Shown piece by piece: positions 19,628-28,899 of a DNA stretch of 64,000 bases (within the stretch, counting starts at the first letter, position 1; each line of letters opens with the position of its first letter). Below the pieces are notes generated by a model. It searched no databases and was not told where the DNA came from. It was given only the letters and a program-made list of their open reading frames with translations. Source of the stretch: Chlamydiia bacterium (GTDB lineage Bacteria > Chlamydiota > Chlamydiia > Chlamydiales > Simkaniaceae); NCBI GenBank assembly GCA_022601645.1, contig JAJACH010000002.1, positions 445,696-509,695 of the forward strand, in the 5' to 3' direction. The translations under genes and the position numbers were made by a program.

Positions 19628-20989
19628 ATGGCAGTCGCAAATCTAGTAGCACCAGGACCTGATCCATCAGCTGTGATGGAATATTTTGAAACCGCCCGTT
19701 TTGATTGGGATGATGATATGGTGCGTTTAAAGGGGATGAGTGTAGGCCGGGTGGGTCTCCATAAGCTGCATGTTTTTGCTATGGCAGGAGATATTCCACA
19801 CCTCACAGACGAGCTTACAAGAATGGCAGCCATTGGTGCTGGTTGGCAAAATTTACGCGGCCCTTCAGGGCATACCCCTCTTCATTTTGCGGCATTGACT
19901 GGGCAAGTTGAGGCGATAAAAGTGCTCTGTGCATTTAAAGCTGATACAAAACGGCGAGCAGATGATGGGGGCCTACCAGAGGATGTTTGGCTATTAACCA
20001 AAGCAAAGATCGCACAGGTTACTCATGATTACCCTCTTATCGATGGCGTCCATTTTGATGCACTTGACCTATTCAAAATGTGGTGTTTTGGTGTACATAA
20101 TGTACTTTCCACAAGAATTCTTAGCCCTGCATCTGTGATTGATCCTACAAGTCTCGAGGTGCGAGTGCATGAAGTGGCAGGTCGCATACTTATTGCCCCC
20201 TTTTCAATCCCGGGAAATTCATATATTGGGCCATATGGAGGATGTACGATGTCGCGTCTTCTTTCTGACGCCTCTAATGGAGGGTGTATTGATGCGAGGT
20301 ATTTCCCCGATGCAGCTCCTGTTAAATCAGGCGAGTACGTTCTAGGGCATGTTGATGCCGCTAAATTTGGGAATACGGTAGCCATGGCGCCTGATGGAAG
20401 CGGAGGGTATTTCTGCGGAGTGGATAACTTCAGGGGATTGGCTCATGCGTCATTTTTACATGTCACTTTCCCTATTCCAGAGGAGGGTGTTATCTCTGTA
20501 GATTATGGAGATACGCACCCAATGCGGTTACAAAGAGATTATGTTGATTTAACCCCAGAGCAAAATCACGAGCGTTTAAAGCAGGTGTTAGAAACTCCTG
20601 CTGCAGAGATCAAGCAGATACAAAAGCACTTTGTTTGTTGGGCCGTTTCTACACCTCCTCTTATGATCAAATGGTTGCAGGAAGGGGTCTTGGATCTTTC
20701 CCAGTATGCACAACTTTGTGAGATTGCAACACACTGGAAAATGCCACATACCCTTAAAGTTCTCAAATTATTAGGAAAAGGAAGAGAAAAGTTTTTCTTA
20801 ACATGGCTTGAAGCGATGGTTAACCAAGGAGCAAAGCTTAGAATGAATTTTGCAAAATATATTAAGGCGCAAGAAAAGGCTTTTGAAGCCCTTTTGGAGC
20901 GAAATATAGGGAATTCTACTCCTTTAAGAGAGTTTATGGAAATCTACAGTCCAGTGCTTCAAGCCCCATGGGTGAAGGTGGCCGAATGA
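19628..20989 (+). CDS. Ankyrin-repeat + SET-like domain protein (eukaryote-like; effector candidate)
   Basis: Ankyrin repeat GHTPLHFAALTGQVEAIKVLCAFKAD. The downstream SET-like core is LEVRVHEVAGRILIAPFSIPGNSYIGPYGG ... FGNTVAMAPDGSG ... EEGVISVDYGDTH. The NHSxxPN motif is degenerate. Confidence 0.6.
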   Translation: MAVANLVAPGPDPSAVMEYFETARFDWDDDMVRLKGMSVGRVGLHKLHVFAMAGDIPHLTDELTRMAAIGAGWQNLRGPSGHTPLHFAALTGQVEAIKVLCAFKADTKRRADDGGLPEDVWLLTKAKIAQVTHDYPLIDGVHFDALDLFKMWCFGVHNVLSTRILSPASVIDPTSLEVRVHEVAGRILIAPFSIPGNSYIGPYGGCTMSRLLSDASNGGCIDARYFPDAAPVKSGEYVLGHVDAAKFGNTVAMAPDGSGGYFCGVDNFRGLAHASFLHVTFPIPEEGVISVDYGDTHPMRLQRDYVDLTPEQNHERLKQVLETPAAEIKQIQKHFVCWAVSTPPLMIKWLQEGVLDLSQYAQLCEIATHWKMPHTLKVLKLLGKGREKFFLTWLEAMVNQGAKLRMNFAKYIKAQEKAFEALLERNIGNSTPLREFMEIYSPVLQAPWVKVAE

Positions 20990-22296
20990 TTGCCTTACCA
21001 GGACCTAGTTCAGCTGCTATCAACTCATTTTGCAAAATGCACCAGGCTCGCATTGGATTAGACACCCTACATTATCTTGCGCTAGTTGGAAATGTATCTG
21101 GGCTTCGCAAAGCTCTTAAAGAGGGAAGAGATGTGAATGTGCTTGATCGTGGAGGCCGCACCCCTATGCACTACGCAGCGCTCGCCGGTCATAACCATGT
21201 CATGCTCCTCTTAATGATTCATGGAGGAAACACTCGCGCAACAGATATGTGGGGTGGCTATCCAAGAGATATCCGGCAATACACCGCCGCAAAAACAGGG
21301 GAGCTCATCCCGTGTGCTCATATCACAGCGATCCAAATGCTCAAACTCTGGCATTTTGTCATACCTAAACAAACCATTAAACCCTTTCCTCGAGATAAAT
21401 CGGTATGTATTGTAGATGTCTCGCGCCTTGAAGTGCGTATGGTTGCAAGTGTGGGAAAGGCATTGTTTACAAAAGATCCTTTACCTGCCGGAACCTTTGT
21501 GGGCCCATACTACGGCATTCAAGATGAAGGCTCGATGGCAAGTGAGCTTCAAGAACAATATAACCTCTCACCTGATAATTTTAGACAGCCATCAACAAAA
21601 GATCGGCAATACATCCTAGCCGGGCAAAATGCGCTTGGACCAGGTTCCATCACAAAATATGCCACAGATGGAGCGGGCGGCCAATTTCGCGCTCTTATAG
21701 CATACCGCGGATTACCCCATGGAATCTACTTGCAACTCACAAGGCCCCTTGATGCAGGAGATGCTGTCACCGTTTTTTATCGAGACGGCCATCTAGTTCG
21801 TACCATGGCAAACTACCAAGACCTAGAGCCGGTGCGTAATCAGGAGACGATCAGGGGCATTTTGGCAAAAACTTGTGAAGACACTATTTGCTTAGAGTGG
21901 TTTGTAACAACACCTGCAGTGATGTATGCGTGGCTTATGAACAAGACTATTACACCGCTTGAAGCAGCCCTTCTTTTTGAAATGCGAAAAGACATCATGC
22001 CAACAACAGAAGTGACCTATTTGCGCCTAGCAAATGAACGGCCAGAAATCTTGTCTGACATGGATCGGTGGATGACAATTGCACTGAATTACGCCGAGAG
22101 AAATGGCGTGCTACTTGAGAGGTTTCGTCTCTTAACCGAGAGCATGTTCCTCGCAGTTCATAAGAAGGCTCAAGCAAATACCATTGGAGTTCCCTATGAA
22201 GCACATGTCGCCTATCTTCTTCGAAATCGCGATCCCCAATTTACACGAATCGGAGGCCTTGATAGATTTGAATTAGTCCCTTGTGCTACTACTTAA
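20968..22296 (+). CDS. Ankyrin-repeat + SET-like domain protein, tandem paralog of 19628..20989
   Basis: Ankyrin repeat GRTPMHYAALAGHNHVMLLLMIHGGN and SET-like LEVRMVASVGKALFTKDPLPAGTFVGPYYG ... GDAVTVFYRDGH. An alternative ATG at 20986 forms an ATGA overlap with the upstream stop. Confidence 0.6.
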   Translation: MGEGGRMIALPGPSSAAINSFCKMHQARIGLDTLHYLALVGNVSGLRKALKEGRDVNVLDRGGRTPMHYAALAGHNHVMLLLMIHGGNTRATDMWGGYPRDIRQYTAAKTGELIPCAHITAIQMLKLWHFVIPKQTIKPFPRDKSVCIVDVSRLEVRMVASVGKALFTKDPLPAGTFVGPYYGIQDEGSMASELQEQYNLSPDNFRQPSTKDRQYILAGQNALGPGSITKYATDGAGGQFRALIAYRGLPHGIYLQLTRPLDAGDAVTVFYRDGHLVRTMANYQDLEPVRNQETIRGILAKTCEDTICLEWFVTTPAVMYAWLMNKTITPLEAALLFEMRKDIMPTTEVTYLRLANERPEILSDMDRWMTIALNYAERNGVLLERFRLLTESMFLAVHKKAQANTIGVPYEAHVAYLLRNRDPQFTRIGGLDRFELVPCATT

Positions 22297-22299
22297 AGA

Positions 22300-23145
22300 G
22301 TGAAGCATCAAACCGACTTTTTAACCTATCTTGAAACCATCAAGGGCGCCTCTAAACACACCCTGCGCAGCTACGACCTCGACCTCAAACGCTTTTCCAC
22401 CTTTCTTTCCGGCAAAGCGCCCGATAAACAACAAATCCGCTCCTACCTAGCTCACCTTAGCGAAAAAGGCGCCGCGCGTAAAACCATCCTCCGCCACCTC
22501 TCCACCTTGCGCTCCTACTTCAAGTACCTTATCCGTCAAAAACACATCACCAAAAACCCGATGGAAAGCATTGCACGCTTTAAAGCCGCCAAGCCGATCC
22601 CAAGCCCCCTCACCCATGACGAAATCGACCACCTCTTCAACCTCCCCGATACAAAAACTCTCCTCGGCCTCCGTGATCGTGCCATCATGGAACTGTTTTA
22701 CAGCTCAGGCCTTCGCCTTTCAGAACTTGCCAGCCTTCACACCACCTCCATTGATAGCAACACCCTCAAAGTTCTTGGAAAAGGCCATAAAGAGCGCATC
22801 ATCCCCCTTACAAAACGCGCAAAAGAGTGGATCGACACCTACCTCTCCCACCCCGAGAGAAGCCATGACCCCCACATCTTCTTAAACCACCGCGGTAAAC
22901 CCCTTTCCACCCGCTCCATCGACCGTCTCTTCAACAAATACCTCAAACTCTCAGGGCTCTCCTCCAACGTCACACCTCACGTCCTGCGCCACACCATCGC
23001 CACCCACTGGCTTGAAAACGGCATGGACCTCAAAACCATCCAAACCCTCCTCGGCCATAACTCGCTTACCACCACAACCATCTACACTCAAGTATCCAAG
23101 CGTCACAAGCAAGACGTCTACGACAAAACCCACCCCCTCGCTTGA
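22300..23145 (+). CDS. Tyrosine recombinase, XerC/XerD family
   Basis: N-terminal SAM-like domain (TLRSYDLDLKRF) and a C-terminal catalytic region HVLRHTIATHWLENGMDLKTIQTLLGHNSLTTTTIYTQV. GTG start. Confidence 0.85.
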   Translation: MKHQTDFLTYLETIKGASKHTLRSYDLDLKRFSTFLSGKAPDKQQIRSYLAHLSEKGAARKTILRHLSTLRSYFKYLIRQKHITKNPMESIARFKAAKPIPSPLTHDEIDHLFNLPDTKTLLGLRDRAIMELFYSSGLRLSELASLHTTSIDSNTLKVLGKGHKERIIPLTKRAKEWIDTYLSHPERSHDPHIFLNHRGKPLSTRSIDRLFNKYLKLSGLSSNVTPHVLRHTIATHWLENGMDLKTIQTLLGHNSLTTTTIYTQVSKRHKQDVYDKTHPLA

Positions 23146-23194
23146 CAAACCGCCTTCAATCAGCTACTTCTAAACGAAAAGCAGAGGTGATAAA

Positions 23195-23575
23195 ATGGCA
23201 ATACCCGTAAACCCCGCAAGTGGGGGACAAGGCCCCAAATTCTCCACTAATTCCGACGTCAACCAATTGACAAACCAAATGGATACCATCCTAAAGTCCC
23301 AAAGCTACCATGAGCTCTACTATGAAAATGGCAGCCATGATGGAGCGCTAGACCTCAAAACCCACCTAGAGGGGATGCAATCCACCCTTGAAAACGGCAC
23401 CTTTCCCCAGGGCTACGACACAAGCCACGCCTTAGACCTTGTCAGTACAGCTCTTAATAATCTCAAACAATTATCCACCCTTTTAGACCAAGATCCCGAC
23501 ACATCAAGTGCTGAATTTCAAGACGTTAGAAAAGAAGCGGCAGATTCAATAGACGACCTAGGCAAATACACCTAG
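23195..23575 (+). CDS. Small hypothetical helical protein (N-terminus MAIPVNPASGGQGP)
   Basis: 126-aa ORF with an AGAGGTG Shine-Dalgarno upstream. It is the first gene of an array of similar-sized genes. Confidence 0.5.
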   Translation: MAIPVNPASGGQGPKFSTNSDVNQLTNQMDTILKSQSYHELYYENGSHDGALDLKTHLEGMQSTLENGTFPQGYDTSHALDLVSTALNNLKQLSTLLDQDPDTSSAEFQDVRKEAADSIDDLGKYT

Positions 23576-23627
23576 TATTAATAAAACACCAATTATGTTA
23601 CTAATTAAGTTGACAAGGGGTATTTTT

Positions 23628-23984
23628 ATGGTTAATCCAATCGGTCCGTCAAATCATGCACATGAGGTTGGTCAGTCAGGTTCAGCTCCTGATTTACAGC
23701 AAATTCAAAGTACCCTCACAAGTTTAGATGCTCACAATCCCCCAGTCGTTAATGATCAAACAATCAAAGAGTTAATGGCACTTTCTAATGAAGTTATCCA
23801 GCAGCTAGGGGGTAATTTTCCAATTGCACAAAAGGCGCAAACGCCCAAAGAAGTTTCAGTTCAAGGGATAGAACAACTACAAGAGGGACTACAAAACTAT
23901 CCTACCCATGCAGAAAAAGTCGTAGCCTTTCACAATTTGTGTGTAGGGTCCTTGAATGCGGTCAATAAATTGCTTAATGACTAA
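23628..23984 (+). CDS. Small hypothetical helical protein (N-terminus MVNPIGPS)
   Basis: The ATG at 23628 is preceded by AAGGGG. About 118 aa. The N-terminus resembles its neighbours. Confidence 0.45.
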   Translation: MVNPIGPSNHAHEVGQSGSAPDLQQIQSTLTSLDAHNPPVVNDQTIKELMALSNEVIQQLGGNFPIAQKAQTPKEVSVQGIEQLQEGLQNYPTHAEKVVAFHNLCVGSLNAVNKLLND

Positions 23985-24057
23985 TAAAAGGCTGCAATAC
24001 TTCCTTCACAATTTTAAGCGAATATGCTATCTTCTTCCCCTTAAACAAGAGGTGGTT

Positions 24058-24285
24058 ATGAGAATTCCTGATTCACTAATAAAAGTTCTTGGAGAGCTTG
24101 AAGCTTTAGAGACTGAGGCAAGAAGTCATGGTGTGCCCTGTATCGTTCGAAGTGATCTAGGGCTTGTAAAAGAGTTCTGCCTGCTTTGCGACAAGGGGAA
24201 CAAGAATGCAGAGGACGTGCGTAGAGTGGATGAGTTAAGAGCGAAGTTCCTAACGGAAAACGCGCGTTTTCTTCAGCTTAATTGA
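24058..24285 (+). CDS. Small hypothetical protein (75 aa)
   Basis: The ATG at 24058 is preceded by AGAGGTGG. No recognisable motif. Confidence 0.35.
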   Translation: MRIPDSLIKVLGELEALETEARSHGVPCIVRSDLGLVKEFCLLCDKGNKNAEDVRRVDELRAKFLTENARFLQLN

Positions 24286-24347
24286 TTCGCAGCTAAGGGA
24301 TTGCCAAATAATGGCTTCTACGTTACGAGTGGGGAAAGGGGGAATTT

Positions 24348-24755
24348 ATGAGTATTGGACCAGTTGGAGGGGCGGGGGCAAATTATCAACCAAGCCCATC
24401 TCTCTCACCGCAAGATTGGCAGACTGAAATGAATCTTCTTCAAAAAGTTCAAACAGCAACAGCTCCTCTTAAGGAAGATTTAGATACGAAGAGTGCGTCT
24501 GACCTAGTTAAAATTTTTGAAAATGTCAAAACAGTTGCCGAAAGTGCAGGGAAAACACAAGATGCAACAACTAATTCTTATATGAATCGGATTGTCGATG
24601 ATCTGAATTTTGCGATTAATTATATCAACAGCCATGTAGATGCAGATGGGATGGTCGGAAAGAAGAAACCTATCGGATTTTATAAGGAAATCGAGGACGC
24701 GACAACACAGTCTGGGTTAGCTGTAGATCACTGGAACACACAAAAACCAAGTTAA
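24348..24755 (+). CDS. 'MSIGP' small-protein family, copy 1
   Basis: MSIGPVGGAGANYQP... ends ...HWNTQKPS. The initiation region GGGGGAATTTATGAGTATTGGACCA is conserved and shared with copies 2 and 3. Confidence 0.6.
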   Translation: MSIGPVGGAGANYQPSPSLSPQDWQTEMNLLQKVQTATAPLKEDLDTKSASDLVKIFENVKTVAESAGKTQDATTNSYMNRIVDDLNFAINYINSHVDADGMVGKKKPIGFYKEIEDATTQSGLAVDHWNTQKPS

Positions 24756-24779
24756 ACACCATATATTAAGGGGGGATTT

Positions 24780-25196
24780 ATGAGTATTGGACCAACAGGC
24801 GCTTCAGGTGCGGGTTTTCAGTCAATGGGTCCATCAGGTGATTGGCAAAATGAGATGAACATTTTAACATCATCACAAACGGGGATTAATAGTACTCTGA
24901 AAGACCTTCAGAACAAGCCAGATATCTGGAATCCAAGTTTCTATGACATGGGGATTAATATGTTAAAAGGAGAGCTTAGTAAGGCAGGCCAATCTCAAAA
25001 TGCAACTCTCAATAACTTAGTTTCTACCGTGACTAATGATATTCAAGGAGCACTAGATCATTCTACAACGACAGTGACAATTTATGGGGAAAAGCAGACA
25101 GTCCTAGATCCTGAGGCGATGATTCCTTACATGGAACATGCTCAGACGGATATAAAGGCAGTTATTTCCTATTGGAACACACAAAAACCAAGTTAA
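24780..25196 (+). CDS. 'MSIGP' small-protein family, copy 2
   Basis: MSIGPTGASGAGFQ... ends ...YWNTQKPS. Same Shine-Dalgarno/start region and same C-terminal peptide as copy 1. Confidence 0.6.
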   Translation: MSIGPTGASGAGFQSMGPSGDWQNEMNILTSSQTGINSTLKDLQNKPDIWNPSFYDMGINMLKGELSKAGQSQNATLNNLVSTVTNDIQGALDHSTTTVTIYGEKQTVLDPEAMIPYMEHAQTDIKAVISYWNTQKPS

Positions 25197-25223
25197 CATT
25201 ATTTAGGGAAGTAGGGGGAATTT

Positions 25224-25643
25224 ATGAGTATTGGACCAACAGGTCCAGGTGGGGCTAACTACCAACCAATGGATCCGCTAGGCGATGAGCCTATTCCGAA
25301 AAATGCAAAATCTGTTTTAACTCAAATAATACCGAATGTAGAAGGGTTGATCAATCATCCCCCCACCTATGAACCACAAGCAGCGGCAATGGCTTTAGGT
25401 GAGATGTACCAACAGGTTATCGCGCTTGGGAAGGGGCAAAATGCAGCATTCAATCAAGAGCTTGAGCCAGTTGCTTCGAACCTAAAAAATGCTCTAGATA
25501 ACTGCGAAAAGACCGTGACAATACGCGAAGGAGGGGCTCCACCTGTTAACATACAAGAATTCAATCCACAGTGTATTCCTCAACTGCAAGCTGCTGTAGC
25601 GGGAGCAAAATCAGCGCTTGCTTGGATTAACTCGAATACTTAA
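25224..25643 (+). CDS. 'MSIGP' small-protein family, copy 3
   Basis: MSIGPTGPGGANYQP... Same Shine-Dalgarno/start region. The internal KTVTIxxG motif is shared with copy 2. Confidence 0.6.
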   Translation: MSIGPTGPGGANYQPMDPLGDEPIPKNAKSVLTQIIPNVEGLINHPPTYEPQAAAMALGEMYQQVIALGKGQNAAFNQELEPVASNLKNALDNCEKTVTIREGGAPPVNIQEFNPQCIPQLQAAVAGAKSALAWINSNT

Positions 25644-25669
25644 GACAAATAGAGGTTAGTTTTTTCAAA

Positions 25670-26033
25670 AGGCTAAGGAGAGCGTAAGCCGGATTCTGTC
25701 GAGGGCAATCATTCATCTAGGATGCGCATTACTGCGCATCTCAAGCGGCAGCCTTGCCTTGCTTTAGGTGGGGTTTGCAGCACTCTAGATCTCTCTAGAT
25801 GTGGTCCGATCTCAAATCGAGCATTTTCAGCCTGTCTGACGAAACGTCAGCGGAGTGTTTTCTGTTGCACTTTCCGTAGCCTTGCGGCCCCCAGTCTTTC
25901 ACTGGCACCCGTGCTCCCTTCCAAAAAAAAGGGATTGCCACCAGTCCTTAAAAAGGGCGGGGCAGATTGTAAAGTCCAGACTTTCCTCTCCTTGCCTAAA
26001 AGGCAAGCAGCGATTGCCTGCTCTCCTTAGCTT
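25670..26033 (-). ncRNA. rnpB: RNase P RNA (bacterial type A)
   Basis: The minus strand reads ...GGAGAGGAAAGTCTGGAC... (universal GAGGAAAGTCCGGGC box), GTGCAACAGAAAAC (CR-II/III) and CCTAGATGAATGATTGCCCTCGACAGAATCCGGCTTAC. The last is nearly identical to the E. coli 3' region CCUAGAUGAAUGACUGUCCACGACAGAACCCGGCUUAUC. The P1 stem GCTAAGGAGAGC / GCTCTCCTTAGC closes the ends (26020-26031 with 25672-25683). Ends are accurate to a few nt. Confidence 0.88.
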
Positions 26034-26800
26034 GATTTTGCAGTGACGCGGCGTCTTCTTTGACGGGTAGCCACGGTTGTGCTTTCGACAGCCTCGCTCT
26101 CTTGCCAGTAGTGGACGCGTGAGCAGTGCTCGCAGAAGACGATGTTCTCACCTTTGCGGACGAGGTTTTCGTGTTGGATTGTGAGTGTGATGTGGCATCC
26201 AGAGCATGTTCTGTTTTCGATCGGGACAACAACACGGTCTTTTTTGTTGCGAAGCAGTCTTTCGTAGATGGAGAGGATGGTAGGTTCTGCTTTTGTCGCG
26301 AGTTCTTGTCTCTCTTTTAGGAGGACGACGCCTTCGTCGTTGACGAGATTGATGCTGTTCATGATTTCGTCTTTCAGGCCTGTGCTGCTTGAAGCAGACG
26401 TTTTCAGACTTTCTTGGATTTTAACCAGAATTTCTTCTTCGGCCGTTTTTTTGTCGAAGAGGTTTGATGCCTCTTGCTCAAGGGCGATCTTTTGTCTTTC
26501 GTGTGTTGTCATCTCTTGGGTAAGAGCGTTGAATTCTTCAACTTTTTTCACGTTTGACTGTTGATCTTCGAGTTTTTTAAGTTTTTCCTTGGTTTCAAGA
26601 ACTTTATCCTCGAGGGCTTGGATTTGCTTATCGTACTCGGTGATTTCCACCTTTTTAGCACTTTCTTGCTCTTTAAGTTCGGTGTGTAGGGCTTCGATTT
26701 CTCCAAGTTCCCCCTGACGCTGCTTTTTAATGCGCATCAGACGGATCATCTTAATGTCTAATTCTTGGATATCTAGAATGGGCTTAAGTGATTCGAGCAT
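26027..26800 (-). CDS. Coiled-coil + C4 zinc-ribbon protein (COG1579 family; CT398/CdsZ- and HP0958/FlgZ-like)
   Basis: Long heptad-rich helical region, then CSGCHITL...-x-...FCEHCSRVHYW (a CxxC...CxxC ribbon). The start was chosen at MLESLKPILDIQ (26800). The stop overlaps the rnpB 5' end by a few nt. Confidence 0.7.
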   Translation of the reverse strand: MLESLKPILDIQELDIKMIRLMRIKKQRQGELGEIEALHTELKEQESAKKVEITEYDKQIQALEDKVLETKEKLKKLEDQQSNVKKVEEFNALTQEMTTHERQKIALEQEASNLFDKKTAEEEILVKIQESLKTSASSSTGLKDEIMNSINLVNDEGVVLLKERQELATKAEPTILSIYERLLRNKKDRVVVPIENRTCSGCHITLTIQHENLVRKGENIVFCEHCSRVHYWQESEAVESTTVATRQRRRRVTAKSS

Positions 26801-26891
26801 GCAAGTTCCTGTAATTTTTGTTAATACAGTGCCTGATTTAAGAGTTTTTCTCAAGAGAAAACTTTTGTAAATATATCCCTCGGTACTTAGA

Positions 26892-28313
26892 ATGACCTTC
26901 ATGTCTACACTTTGTCAGGGAAAGACAGCATATGCTGCTGTCATAGATTTTTTGAAAGCCTCTCACCCTGAGGTGGCAAGTGCTATTGTGGGTGAGCTGA
27001 AGAGCCAGCGCGAATGTCTGAAGATGATCGCGTCGGAGAACTATTCATCCTTAGCCGTTCAACTTGCGATGGGGAATTTACTGACCGATAAGTACAGCGA
27101 AGGGTATCCTGGACATCGGTTTTATGCAGGTTGTGAGCATGTCGATACGGTTGAGCAGCTAGCGATTGATGAACTCAAAAAACTTTTTGGGTGTGATCAC
27201 GCGTATGTCCAACCTCATTCAGGGGCGGATGCCAACATGATTGCCTTTTGGGCCATTTTGGTGCACAAGGTTCAAAATCAGCAGCGAAAGAAAATTGAAT
27301 CGATGTCAGCTGAGGAGTTTGAAGCGCTTCGAAAAGAGATGTGCAACCAGAAAATCATGGGGATGGGGCTGACAAGTGGTGGTCACTTGACGCACGGCTA
27401 TCGTCACAATGTGTCGGCAAGAATGTTTCAAGCAGTCCAATACGACGTTGATCCCGAAACTGAAGAGCTCAACTACGACACACTTGAGGCGCAGGTTAAA
27501 AAAGAACGCCCACTTATCTTGATCGCAGGCTACTCGGCCTATCCGAAAAAAATTAATTTTAAACGGATGCGCGAGATAGCAGATTCTGTTGGCGCTGTTT
27601 TCATGGTTGATATGGCGCACTTTTCTGGCTTGGTTGCTGGAGGTGTGTTCACCGGTGAATTTAATCCTGTGCCGTATGCGGATATAGTGACCTCGACAAC
27701 GCATAAAACACTGCGAGGCCCGCGTGGAGGATTGATCCTTTGCACGGAAGAATATCGTGAAGTCGTTGATAAAGGGTGCCCGCACGTCATTGGTGGCCCG
27801 CTTCCTCATGTGATGGCTGCAAAAGCGATTGCCTTTAAGGAGGCCAACTCTCCCGAATTTAAAATCTACGCACAAAAAATTGTGGAAAATTCAATCGCCT
27901 TAGCTGAGAGCTTGAAGAAAGAAGGGGTTAAACTCTTTGCCAACGGCACGGAAAATCACCTTGTTGTTGCAGATGTTGCAACATCTTTTGGTTTAACAGG
28001 AAGGCAAGCAGAGCTTCTTTTAACATCGATCGGCATCACGCTTAATCGCAACACCATTCCGTTTGATGAAAATGGCCCTTGGTATACCTCTGGAATACGT
28101 TTAGGAACTGCGGCCTTAACATCGCGTGGCTTTGGCCCTTGTGAAATGGAAGAGATTGCAGAGATGATTGTCATGCTTTTAAAAGCGGCAAAACCTGCAG
28201 GGGACAGCAGAGCTAAAACACTCATTGATGACACAATGGTTGAGCAGATGCGAGAGCGTGTGAAAAATTTACTCGCTAAGTTCCCTCTTTACCCAGAACT
28301 TGAAATCGGTTAG
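26892..28313 (+). CDS. glyA: Serine hydroxymethyltransferase
   Basis: [21 protein letters not shown] and the PLP-lysine motif [14 protein letters not shown]. Confidence 0.95.
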   Translation: MTFMSTLCQGKTAYAAVIDFLKASHPEVASAIVGELKSQRECLKMIASENYSSLAVQLAMGNLLTDKYSEGYPGHRFYAGCEHVDTVEQLAIDELKKLFGCDHAYVQPHSGADANMIAFWAILVHKVQNQQRKKIESMSAEEFEALRKEMCNQKIMGMGLTSGGHLTHGYRHNVSARMFQAVQYDVDPETEELNYDTLEAQVKKERPLILIAGYSAYPKKINFKRMREIADSVGAVFMVDMAHFSGLVAGGVFTGEFNPVPYADIVTSTTHKTLRGPRGGLILCTEEYREVVDKGCPHVIGGPLPHVMAAKAIAFKEANSPEFKIYAQKIVENSIALAESLKKEGVKLFANGTENHLVVADVATSFGLTGRQAELLLTSIGITLNRNTIPFDENGPWYTSGIRLGTAALTSRGFGPCEMEEIAEMIVMLLKAAKPAGDSRAKTLIDDTMVEQMRERVKNLLAKFPLYPELEIG

Positions 28314-28332
28314 TATCACATCAAATTGGAGG

Positions 28333-28899
28333 ATGAATATGCATAAACTTGACGATAAGATTGACGAAAAACTCTTAACCGAAAGAAGAATTTTCTTATC
28401 AGATGCCGTTGATCAAAACAGTGCGAAAGAAGTGATTCGTAAGCTTTGGTACTTAGAACTCAGTGAGCCTGGTAAAGCAATTTTGCTGATCATCAACTCG
28501 CCCGGCGGTTCTGTAGATTCAGGTTACGCCATTTGGGATCAGATTAAAATGATCACCTCGCCTGTGACAACCCTTGTTACAGGAATGGCAGCCTCCATGG
28601 GATCAGTCTTGTCTCTTTCCGCTGAGAAAGGGCGCCGTTTTGCAACGAAAAACGCGCGTATCATGATCCACCAACCCTCGATTCACGGTGTGATTCAAGG
28701 CCAAGCAACAGACTTAGAGATTCAGGCAAAAGAAATCTTAAAGACGCGAGATGACATCATCCATCTTTACATGGACGCGACAGGAAAAGATTTTGAGACG
28801 ATCGAAAAGGCGCTTGACCGCGACACATGGATGAATGCAGAGGAGGCGCTAAACTTTGGGCTTCTCGATGCAATTGTCTCAAGTTATAAAGATCTCTAA
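28333..28899 (+). CDS. clpP: ATP-dependent Clp protease proteolytic subunit
   Basis: [18 protein letters not shown] (Ser) and IMIHQPS (His) motifs. The start ATG at 28333/28339 follows GGAGG. Confidence 0.9.
   Translation: MNMHKLDDKIDEKLLTERRIFLSDAVDQNSAKEVIRKLWYLELSEPGKAILLIINSPGGSVDSGYAIWDQIKMITSPVTTLVTGMAASMGSVLSLSAEKGRRFATKNARIMIHQPSIHGVIQGQATDLEIQAKEILKTRDDIIHLYMDATGKDFETIEKALDRDTWMNAEEALNFGLLDAIVSSYKDL

Noticed and set aside
25903-25920. TGGCAC element resembling the -24 box of a sigma-54 promoter, noticed because a CdsZ-like RpoN-associated gene is nearby
   Set aside because: There is no TTGC -12 element at the required spacing. The site lies inside rnpB on the opposite strand.
25722-26235. 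ORFs 25722..26030 (+), 25855..26046 (+) and 25996..26235 (-), which suggest small proteins between the MSIGP array and the Zn-ribbon gene
   Set aside because: They lie on top of, or antisense to, the RNase P RNA, whose conserved boxes and P1 closure account for the whole interval. Their translations are low-complexity with no Shine-Dalgarno.
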